From: Hemiscyllium ocellatum
Lineage: Eukaryota
Direction: 5' to 3'
Assembly (NCBI RefSeq): GCF_020745735.1
Contig: NC_083435.1
Coordinates: forward strand, 38,713,090-38,777,089
Length of the DNA stretch: 64,000 bases
Made by a program: the position numbers and the translations under genes
Notes under the pieces: model-generated
Databases searched by the model: none
Seen by the model: the letters and a program-made list of their open reading frames with translations, nothing else
Told to the model about the DNA's origin: nothing
Shown here: positions 23,501-35,500 of the stretch, piece after piece
Position numbering within the stretch: the stretch's first letter is position 1
Layout: the number at the start of each line of letters is the position of its first letter

Positions 23501-26500
23501 ATGGTACAGAGAACACCGAACGGAGAATACAGGAAAGCCACACACACAGACCAAGTCCGGAACTATGAAAGCAAACACCCCTACACACACAAAAGAAGTT
23601 GCATCAAGACACTGTTCAAAAGGGCCACAACACACTGCAGCACACCAGAACTGCAAAAAGAGGAAGAAGAACACTCTACAATTTATTCGCCAAAAACGGA
23701 TACCCGCGCAATTTCATCAACAGATGCCTAAGGGAAAGACAACGGAATGAGGATATGCCACAACCCAAAGGACTAGCCACACTCCCATACATCAAGAACA
23801 TTTCTGAACTGACAGCCAGAGTACTGCGACCACTAGGACTCATGACAGTACACAAACCAACAGCCACTCTCAGACAACAACTCACCAGGACAAAGGACCT
23901 GATACCCAGCACGAGCAAAATCAATGTAGTGTACAAAATCCCATGCAAGGACTGCACAAAACACTACATAGTTAATTATTACTTGTTGAGATTGTAATTT
24001 TATAGTTATATATTTATATATGGTATTAATATTCCCAAAAATATTCAGATGTTGGTGGTGGCGGGGGTAGGGTGCTCACTGTTAACTCTAGCTTTGTATT
24101 ATATTTGAATTCTCCTCATTTTATTGAAGAGCACCTGGGTCAAGGGTGGGGCATTGGTTGGGAGAGGATAAGATGGACTGTGGGAGAGGAAGTGACGCTC
24201 CCTGGGAACAAGGGGGAAAATCTCCAATTAGGTACGTTTTATATTTTTTTTATTTAGAAATAGTTTTTTATTATATTGTTTTGAGTGTATTAGAGAGCCT
24301 TTATTTTTGTAAACCTTATATGCTCCATGCTCGGGATGTTCTAGATAGGGTTTCCCCTCCCGAGGGGTCTCGGATCTGCCCAGATGATTATGGTTGATCA
24401 GTCGGTTAAGTGGTGCACCTGGAATGTCAGGGGGAGTCATTCGCCAGTTAAAAGGAAGAAAATATTATCAAATCTTAAGAAAGAGAGAGTTGATATAGCT
24501 CTCCTACAGAAGACACACCTGTCGGATAAAGAACACTTAAAATTACGGCAGGGTGGATTTGATCAGGTCTTTTTTCTTCTTTTAACTCAAAAAGCAGGGG
24601 AGTCGTTATTCTTGTTCGGAAGAATTTCCCTTTCAAAATTCTAAATCAGATAAAAGACGAATCTGGACGATATATTTTGATTAAAGCCCTCATAAATGGA
24701 GAGGAATATGGGATCTTAAATGTGTACTGCCCCCCGGCACACCCCTTTAAATTTATAACGGAAGCTTTTTCAAAATTGATGGCCTTTGGTGCCCGTCATA
24801 CAATTATAGGGGGAGACTTTAATTGTATTATGGATCCAGAAATAGATAGGATTCCCAAGAGTGCTGCTGGAGTATCTCCCAGATCTAGACAACTGGTGGA
24901 TCTGAATAAAGAATTAGGATTGGTAGATGTATGGAGATGTCTCCATCCACAGGGTAGAGATTTTTCTTTCTACTCTAATCCACATAAATGTCATACAAGA
25001 ATTGATATGTTTTTTGCCCCATCGATTTTTTAAAATTCCATATCATCCTGTAAAATAGGTACGATAGCAATCTCCGACTACGCCGCTGTATAAATGGAAA
25101 CTAAGGCAAGGAACAATGGGACATCCACTCGGCATTGGCGTATGGACCCCTTCCTGATAAAAGATAGTAAATTTGTAAAGTACTTCTCCCAAGAACTTAA
25201 AACTTTTTTAGAAACTAATTCAGGTATGGCTAGCAACCCATCAATGATGTGGGAGACCATCAAAGCTTATGCACGAGGTTTGATCATCTCCTACTCAGCG
25301 ACCCAGAAGAAACTGAAGGGAGAGCAACAGCGTCAGCTCGAAGCTCGCTTAAAAGCAGCCGAAACAGCATACGCTGATAGACCTTCTATTATAAAATTGC
25401 AAAGGATTACGGCTCTTACGACAGCTCTAAACACTACGCTTACTCAAACGGCTAAGAGGGAAATATTATTTGCAAAACAAAGGTTATATGAATATGGCGA
25501 CAAACCGGGTAGATACTTAGCATTTCTTGCAAAGTAAAAGAAGGCCCCTCAGACTATTACAACTATCAAGGAAAGTATAGGTACCTTGACTTATGATCAT
25601 AAAAAGATTAATGCGATCTTTAGAGAATTTTATTCTGAGTTATATAAATCGCAGGATTGTGAAGATAGGACTAGGAGGATGCAGTCATTTTTTAAAAATT
25701 TGACCTTTCCGGACTTGACTCCGGAACAGGTGTCGGCCCTAAATACCCCTTTAACAGTCCAAGAAATACTTGATTCAATTAGGCAACTCCAGAGCGGAAA
25801 GGCACCGGGCCCAGATGGTTTTCAAGCTGAATTCTATAAAGAATTTACAGAAATATTGGCTGATCCACTTATGGACATGTATAACTTTGCATATAGTCAG
25901 GCCTGTCTCCCGCCTTCGCTGAAAGAGGCAAATATCTCTCTTATCCTCAAAAAAGGAAAAGATCCAGAAGACTGTACATCTTATAGACCAATATCCTTAC
26001 TAAATGTAGATTTTAAAATCCTCTCTAAAATGTTAGCACTGAGACTAGAAAGGGTACTGTCATATATTATAAAGGAGGATCAGACGGGATTTATTAAGGG
26101 CCGTAGATCATCCAATAATATTAGAAGGGTTTTGAATATGATCCAAGCCTGTCATCAGGCAAAGATACCAGGAGTAGTAATTTCATTAGATGCGGAAAAG
26201 GCATTCGATACGGTTGAATGGTCATATTTATTTTACACGTTGGAAAGGTTTGGCATTGGACAGGTGTTTACCAAATGGGTCTCAACATTGTATAATGACC
26301 CCAAAGCAGTTGTTATGACCAATGGTTTAAGATCGGATGGTTTCAGTGTGGGTAGGGGCTGCCGTCAAGGATGTCCTCTCTCACCATTGTTATTTACGCT
26401 AATAATTGAAACACTAGCAGAAGTTATATGGACTGATCCTAATATAACGGCCCCGAGGATTGGTACAGGTAAACACAAAATTACCCTTTATGCAGATGAT

Positions 26501-29500
26501 GTTCTTTTATTCCTCAATAATCCTCTGACGTCAGTACCTCGTCTAATTCAAGTTATTAATACATTTAGTGCATTTTCAGGCTATAAAATTAATTTTTCAA
26601 AATCGGAGGCGATGCCAATGGGTGGCCTGGTTATGACACCCCACTTAGTGGACGGATCCCTTTTTCCCTTTCGTTGGTCCCTGGAGGGCTTCTTATATTT
26701 AGGTATTTTTATTACTCCAGTATTTGGTCAGCTGTATAGGGCTAATTTTGTGCAATTACTGGAAAGGATAAGGCAGGACGTCCAGCGATGGGGAGACCTT
26801 CCAATTTCCTGGTTGGGTAGAATAGCATTAATTAAAATGAATGTTCTGCCCCGTCTCTTATATCCTATGAGAATGCTCCCAGTGATGCTGCCAAGGATAG
26901 CCCTAGGTAAATTATATGGCTGGCTGGGTTCCTTTATTTGGAATCGTAGACGGCCCCTTATTAAGCTGAAGAAGCTACAGCTTCCACAGGCAAGGGGAGG
27001 ACTGGATTTCCCAGACTTTAGGAAATATCAGTTAAGTTCCCTATTAAGTTACATAGCTGATTGGGTTTCATCTGATCCACAATCAATCTGGCTGGACATC
27101 GAGGCCTCCCAAGTAAAATACCCACTTACTAACCTCTTATTTTCAGACAAGAGGAAAATCATTGCAGATCACTGTAAAAACCCCATAATACTAAACACAA
27201 TTAAGGCCTGGAATATAATGCGGCAAAATGAGGGTAATTTACATAAAACATCCCCCCATGCACCGATAGTAGGGGCATGGGGATTCCAACCTGGGTTTAC
27301 AGATGCCACTTGTAAACTCTGGAGATCCAGAGGTATCTCATGTCTAGGGGACCCATTTAAAGATGGGGTCGTGATGTCCTTTGAACAGCTGCGTCAGAAA
27401 TTCGGATTACCTAATGGAGACCTCTTTCGATACTTCCAAATTCGAGATTATATACAGAAGAAGACTACGTTAATAGATAGTCTTTATAAATCAGATAGAG
27501 AATGTAATGTCCTACGACCAGTGGGGGTATCCTCCGTTAGTACTATTTATCATTTACTACATGGTGAAGTTTCGGGAGATATGGACAATCTGCTTAAAAC
27601 ATGGGATCAGGATTTGGGACTGGAAATCTCTATAGAAACGTGGAATGATATTTGGGAAAATGCGAGAAGAATTACTATCTGTAACAGAACCCAGGCTATC
27701 CAGCTGAAGATACTTCATAGGGCCCATATAGCACCGGCTCGACTGGCAAAATTTAAGGCAGGAGCATCTCCAATGTGTCCCAAATGCAAAATAGAGGTGG
27801 GCACTCTTGTACATTGCCTATGGACTTGTCAGAAGATCCGTAGATATTGGAATAAAGTAGCAAGTACCCTGACAGAAATTTTAGGAACAGAAATTAGAGT
27901 GGACCCTGTATCTCTCCTTTTGGGCTTTTCGAACTTTTCCTCCCTAGATATGCATGGGAAGAGACTATTTTCTATTCTCTCTTTCTGTGCAAGGAAAAAT
28001 ATTTTGATGAACTGGGTGGCTGAGGGCCCCCCCTGGACTTTCAAATTGGCACAGATTAATTATGGAATATATTCCCCTTGACTTCCTCACAAATATGGTG
28101 CACCGAAAGACTGAATTATTTTATAAAATATGGCAGCCCTTTTTGAATTACATAAATGCAGATATTTCGGCCATCCTAACAAGGGCCTTTATTTAGTGAA
28201 GATTTCAGACCGGGCTGCTCCGGGGCCCCTTGGGAGAGGAATCCTGCGCGAATACGGGTTTTATTATATTTGATGTTTATACATTCCGAGCATGTAAGAG
28301 ACTTAGATATACACTCTGGTTAGTTATAGGGTTAGATTAGTAGAAAGTTGAGTTTTGGATTTTTTAAATTTTATTTTGGTTTCTGTTTCTTTTTTTTTCC
28401 TTTGTTAAATTTTGACTATTGTATATTTGATTTAATTGTACATCAATGTTTGTATTTGAGAGTTTTGTTTATTTTTATAAACTTGCAAAAATGTTAAATT
28501 TCTAATAAAAATATCTTAAAAAAAACACTACATAGGACAAACAGAAAGACAGCCAATGATGCATATCCATGAACACCAACTAGCCACGAAACGACACGAC
28601 CAGCTATCCTTAGTAGCCGCACACGCAGATGACAAGCAACATGAGTTTGACTGGGACAACACTACTATTATAGGACAAGCCAAACAGAGAACAGCCAGGG
28701 AATTCCTCGAGGCATGGCACTCATCCACAGATTCTATCAACAAACACATCGACCTGGACCCAATACACGGCCACTGCAGTGGACAGCTGGAAGCGGCAGA
28801 TACAAACCACTATAAATACCGGAGGAAACATCACAGAACTGCTTCACAGGAGGCTCCCAAGCACTGAGGATGTCACCTAGACAGGGGACGAAATGTCTGC
28901 ATCACAAATTCCCAGCTCGGCGAACAGAACCACAACAATGAGCACCCAAGCTACAAATCTTCTCCCAAACTTTAAATGGGATTCTGTAATTGGGTGGTGT
29001 TTTCTGGATAATCCTGAGTGAGTGAAGAATTATGCTGACAACTATTTAAGGATTGTCAGTCAAGCTCACAATATGGAGCATGCACCAGAAACTCACATAA
29101 CTGTACACCGAACCTTGCTCTTTGCAAACAGACCTGTTTCGAACTCAATAAAATAGGAGACAGCCATTCACTGATTCATTTCTCAGCAATATCTTGACCA
29201 AACAAGAATTCACCAGCATGGTTTAAAATCTAAACAAAACCTGACAGTGCTTTGACGATCAATTATCATTCAGTGATGTTTTCTCCATGGGAATGTTCTT
29301 AACAATCAGGGTCTACTTGCTAGCCAATCAGTATTCTCCTCCTACAGTATAAATATTCCTAGCCTCCTGTCCCCATTTCCCAACCTTTTTGGTATTTCTT
29401 GTGAATTGTCCTGATGAATGCAAAATGAAAAGCTTTGAGAAAGTGTGCCTTTCTCACTCAACGTCGAATTTCTCACCTTACTCTGATGATCTCCTATCCA

Positions 29501-32500
29501 TCAGGAAACTGATCATTTTCCACATGCTAAAGAACATCAATTGTAATTTGCTATATCATATTGGTTAATTGTACCTATTGCTGTGTCCTGTCTCTCCCAC
29601 ACAGTTGCTCCTCAGATTGCCATGTATCCTGAAGAGCCTGTCGATTGGGGACAGCCCAACACATTGATCTGTCTGGCTGATAGATTCTACCCTCCACACA
29701 TCACCATGACATGGAAGAGGAACAGTGAGCCAGTGACTGACAGAGTCAACATTACGGAATTCTATATAAAACAGGATTATTCCTATCAGAGATTCACATA
29801 CCTGAGCTTCATCCCGAATCCTGGAGACATGTATTCCTGTCACGTGGAACATGAGGGGCTGCAGGAACCAGCCACTGTTTTTTGGGGTTAGTATCAATTT
29901 GCTTATTTGGAAGCTGAGATTAGAACTGATTTATAACAAAATGCTGTATAATATCCAAACTGCACTGGTTATTCTTCCTTCATTAATTGGCTGATTATTC
30001 CTTACATTACAGCAACGACTACACTTCAGAATTACTTACTTGGCTGTAAAGCACTTTGGAATATACTGAGGTTATGAAAAGCACAATGTCATTGCAAGAA
30101 TAATCTTACTTTAAAAGATTGATCTACATAGAATGGGGAAATGCTGTTCAATGTGTACAGTGCTCATGAATCCCTCTGCAGCTAATGTTCAACTAATGTC
30201 CAGACCTATAAAATAAAACTGAAACCAAAATGTTAGACAGTGGACCTTAGCCAGGCTTTGTCCTGTGGAAGCTATATACAGAGCAAAATCTTAGCATTGT
30301 GCTAAATGCCACATGTGCGTGTTACATTTTGGGCATTTTCTGTCTTGTAAACTGTATATAATTTTGACTTCCTGTATTTCAGATTATTCTCTTAATTCAG
30401 TTTTTCATTCATTAGATTACTTTCACAATTATTAAAAATCACACAACACCAGATTACATTCCAATAGGTTTATTATTTGGAAGCACTAGCTTTCAGAGCG
30501 CCGCTCCTTCATCAGGTGGTTGTGAAGCAGGACCATAAGACAACCACCTGATGAAGGAGCAGTGCTCCGAAAGCTAGTGCTTCCTAATAAACCTGTTGGA
30601 CTATAGCCTGGTGTTGTGTGATTTTTAACTTTGTCCACACCACTCTGACACTGGCTCCTCCACATCCTCGCAAATATTGATATCGAGGTAGCTTTTGCAA
30701 ATGGTAGTTGAATAATCTCTTGAGCTAAAAGGACATATTCTGTGCCTCCTTGAAGTAGAATTTCATCTTGAAACGTTTTAGGTTTTAACTGTGAAACAAA
30801 TTAATTGAAGAATAAGTGTTTTATCCATAATCTAATCTGTATTTTTCACATTAATTCATAGAATATTATCTCTTCTATTTCCCTCTGATGTCTCTATATT
30901 GTTCCTACCCACAAGATCATAAAATCATAAGAAATAGGAGCAAGTGAAAGTCATTTAGCATGTCAAGCTTGCTCAGCTACTCAATAAAATCCATTTTCAT
31001 CTAACTGTGGCTTCGGTTCTGCTCCTTGCCTACCTTAAAATGTTTTGACTCCTTTCTTAGCCAAGAATCTATGTTTTGAAAATATTATTGATCCTTTGAA
31101 AGGGAGTTAAAACATTAACAGTTACATCAAAGACGCCCACCCCAGACGCTCTCTCTCTCAAGTCAATCATTCTGCTGTCCACAGCAAAACCACACACCCC
31201 TGCAATTTTTAACTCCAGAGCCACTCAATATCCGAAGTGTGGAAATGCAGTCACATTGAGGGAGTAAAATTTGGGAAGAAGAAAATCCTTAATGGATTCT
31301 GGAATCTTTCTAAAGACAAATGTTAGACTAACTATTCCTACAGTTTCCTGGTTTTCTATCTCCCTCCTTTCTTGCATACAGATTAAGACTGACCATCAGG
31401 TACAAGGGACTTGTTGGCCTTTAGTTCCATTTGTTTTCTGAGTAGTATCTCTCTAATCATAGAGTCACAGAGATGTACAGCATGGAAGCAGACCCTTCGG
31501 TCCAACCCGTCCATGCCAACCAGATATCCCAACCCAATATCCCACCTGCCAGCACCCGGCCCATATCCGTCCAAACCCTTCCTATTCATATACCCGTCCA
31601 AATGCCTCTTAGATGTTGCAATTGTACCAGCCTCTACCACTTCCTCTGGCAGCTCATTCCATACACGTACCATCCTCTGCGTGAAAATGTTGCCCCTTAG
31701 GTCTCTTTTATATCTTTCCCCTCTCACCCTAAACCTATGCCCTCTAGTTCTGGACTCCCCAACCCCAGAGAAAAGACTTTGCCTATTTATCCTATCCATG
31801 CCCCTTATAATTTTGTAAACTTCTACAAGGTCACCCCTCAGCTTCTGACGCTCCAGGGAAAACAGCCCCAGCCTGTTCAACCTCTCCCTGTATCTCAGAT
31901 TCTCCAACCCTGGCAACATCCTTGTAAATCTTTTTTGAACCCTTTCAAGTTTCACAACATCTTTCCGATAGGAAAGAGACCAGAATTGCACGCAATATTC
32001 CAACAGTGGCCTAACCAATGTCCTGTGCAGCCGCAACATGACCTCCCAACTCCTGTACTCAATACTCTGACCAATAAAGGAAAGCATACCAAACGCCTTT
32101 TTCACTTTCCTATCTACCTGCTACTCCACTTTCAAGGTACTATGAACCTGCACTCCAAGGTCTCTTTGTTCAGCAACACTCCCTAGGACCTGACCATTAA
32201 GTGTATAAGTCCTGCTAAGATTTGCTTTCCCAAAATGCAGACCTCACATTTATCTGAATTAAACTCCATCTGCAACCTTTCAGCCCATTGGCCCATCTGG
32301 TCCAGATCCTTTTGTAATCTGAGGTAACCCTCATCGCTGTCCACTACACCTCCAATTTTGATGTCATCTGCAAACTTACTAACTGTACCTCTTATGCTCG
32401 CATCCAAATCATTTATGTAAATCACAAAAAGTAGAGGGCCCAGCACCGATCCTTGTGGCACTCCATTGGTCACAGGCCTCCAGTCTGAAAAACGACCCTC

Positions 32501-35500
32501 CACCACCACCCTCTATCTTCTACCTTTGAGCCAGTTCTGTATCCAAATGGCTAGTTCTCCCTGTATTCCATGAGATCTAACCTCGCTAATCAGTCTCCTA
32601 TGGGGAACCTTGTCGAACACCTTACTGAAGTCCATATAGATCAAATCTACTGCTCTGCCCTCATCAATCTTCGTTGTTACTTCTTCAAAAAACTCAATCA
32701 AGTTTGTGGGTCATTGTTGTGATTGTTTGAGTTCTGTTTCTCTGTTTTCCCACTGCATTTGTATGATTCTTGGGAAGATTGTTTGTATTTTCTGCTATGA
32801 AAAGTGCAGCAGGTCAGGCAGCATCCAAGGGTCAGGAGAATCGACGTTTCAGGCATAAGCCCTTCTTCAGGAATGTAGCATCTGCAGTCCTGACTTTCTC
32901 CTTTTCTGCTATGAAGACAGGCAGAAAAAAAAATTGGTTTAATTCTCTTCCATTTCCTTGTTTCTTGATCTTAATTCCTCATCCTCTATGAGACCATTCT
33001 GAAGTTGAAGAAAGAGGTGAGTCTGTCTTCATACAGGTGATATTGATAGTTTAATTGGGCAGAAAAGTGCCTATTGGAATGCAATTCAGAGAACTGCAAG
33101 GTTATGTATTTGGGAGGGTAAACATAGCAAAAGAACACACAATAAATGGGAGGGTATTGAGAGTGGTAGAAGAAGGAAGACCTTGGAGTTCATGTCCACA
33201 GATCCCTAAAGGCACAGCTCAGATGGTAAAGAAAGCAAATGGGATATTATGCTTCATTAGGTGAGGTACTTAATGCAAGACCTGGAATGTTATGCTGGAA
33301 CTGTATCAGACGCTGGTTAGGCCACAGCTGGAGTTTTATGTACAGTCTTGGTTACCAAATTACAGGAAAAACGTAATTGTTCGAAGGACAGTGCAGAAGA
33401 GGTTCACAAATTTTACAATAGAGACTTAAAAATTGCAGCTATGAGAAATGAGTGTATCGAATTGCTACAGTGAAGAAAGGGGTCATTCAGCCCATCAAGT
33501 CTGCACCAACCCTTTGAAGAGCATCCCATTCAGACCCAGCGTCTATCCTGTAATTAGGCATTTTCCCATTGCTAATCCACCTAGCATACATTTCCCTGGA
33601 CACTATGGAGAATTTGGCATGGCCAATCCACCTAACCCACACATCTTTGGACTGTGGAAGCACCCCAGTGGAAACCCACATAGACACGGGGAGACTGTGC
33701 AAGCTCCACACAGACAGCCTCACGAGGGTGGAATTGAAGCTGTGTCTTGAATACTGTGAGATGGCAATGCTGACCACTGAGCTATTGTGCTGCACCTAGA
33801 CTAGAGTTGTTTGCTTTAGAACAGAGGACGTTGAGAGGTGACTTCGTTCAAGGGTAGGAAATAAAAAAGGATTTGGATGGAGTGGATAAGAGAGAACAAT
33901 TATCAAAAGGCACAGATTGAAGATGATTGATAGAATGAGAAGAGGGGTTTTGAGGAAACATTTTTCACCTCGAGGGTGATGAATTTGCTGCTCGGGTTAA
34001 TGGTTGAGAGGAAAACTTTCAGCTCATTTAAAAGAAACTTTTATCTGCCCCGAGTGTTACAGACAAGGTGAGCAGGATTAGAATGGGCAGCTAGTTTATT
34101 CAGTGGGCTCAGACACAATAGGCTGGATTGCCTCATCCTGTGCTGTAACATTTCTATGGATCTATAAGGAAGGATAACGGTCAAAAAGGGGAGGCTATCT
34201 GGGCCATTTCAATGGATGCATTTGTTGTAAGCAGTATCTGTATTCATGAGCTTGGAAGTGTTCTAGAGAGGAGAACAATCTCTCTGTGTCCCAACAACGG
34301 GTTGTTCCTTGTCTAGGGAATAGCAGAACTGCAATACCATTGCTGAAATCTGTAGAAAGCGGACCTTCTGTAAACTCCTCAGCAGGAGTATGATCTGATT
34401 AAAGCCCAAGTGCACTGCCCTGAGTTTCAGAATGAGGTAGAAGCACTGAGGATAGAGGAGGATTCAATATTGAACACCTTTGCACAATACGGAGGTGAAG
34501 TTTTGTTTGAAATCAGTTGAGCTCCTGATAAATTGGAATTTTTCCAATAAATAGGGCATTAAGTCAAATAATTCTAGACCCCCAACATAATACTGCAGTA
34601 TCACTCCAGCAGACTGGCCTGCTGACATTCTTGAAACAAAGTAGGTTTCAAACTAAGAGAAGGACTTGCTTGTCTAAGTCACTGCAGTACTGACTGGGAG
34701 AATGAAGGAAGCCAATCAGATCTCCTTGGAAAACAACTGGGATATACTGACTCCAATATAGTGGGAAATTTGGAAGACTCTGCTCAGACATCTAGTAGGT
34801 AGAGTGGTAGAAAGGAAATCCACCATGAACACCTCTACATTGTCATAGAAGGCTTTGCTTCCACTTTGGCTACAGGAATGATATCTTGAGAGAAGCTGTG
34901 TCAACATAGTCGGCAAAGGGCCCATGCTGGTCTAAAGAGGCAATAGAACAGAAACTGCTCAAGGGTTGTCAGTCAATGAGCTTTGCTAAAACAGGATGGC
35001 TAGAATCAAGATCTCCTTTGCCAACAAATCATCATGAAATAGCAACAATCAATCGTGGTTTAATAGTTATCATGACTAAGACTAGTTTTAAATTCCAGTA
35101 AAACTCCACCGGCTGTTGTGTTGAAATATGAACCGATCCAGAGCACTAATAAGAGCTCTGAATTACTGGTGCAGTAACTTAGCTTTTTTTGAAAAATTCA
35201 TTCATAGAATGTTGCTGAGTAGACCAGCATTTATTGTCCTTGAGAAAATAATGGTGAACTGCCTTCTTGAACCATTATATCCTTTGGGTGTAGGTAGACC
35301 CACAACAATGTTCGGCAGGGAGTTTCAGAATTCGGATATGGAGACAGTATAAGAACAGTGATATATTTCTAAGCCAGGATGGTTAGTGTTTGTATGCAAC
35401 AGCAACTTCTGGAACTGCGTCAATGCTATGTTCGGTGTACCAATGCCAATCAGTGTGTGTGAATCACAGCAGTGTAGATGGAACATTACCCCTGAGTTGG

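Larger units (their letters stand above)
22763..28971. mobile_element. PLE family C (GIY-YIG) with inverted 5' arm, interrupted by L1
   Basis: [20 protein letters not shown] on both strands (minus 22763-23491; plus 23492-23970 and 28535-28971); TSD ttaaatgagaatctgt / ttaaatgggattctgt (22747-22762 / 28972-28987). Confidence 0.88.

Noticed and set aside
11888-32220. Possible segmental duplication or misassembly between 11888-12637 and 31456-32220
   Set aside because: Scattered substitutions and unrelated flanks show independent copies of one young CR1 subfamily.
34708-34742. CCAAT box next to an X-like CCTTGGAAAACAACTG
   Set aside because: The order and spacing are not those of an X-Y module.
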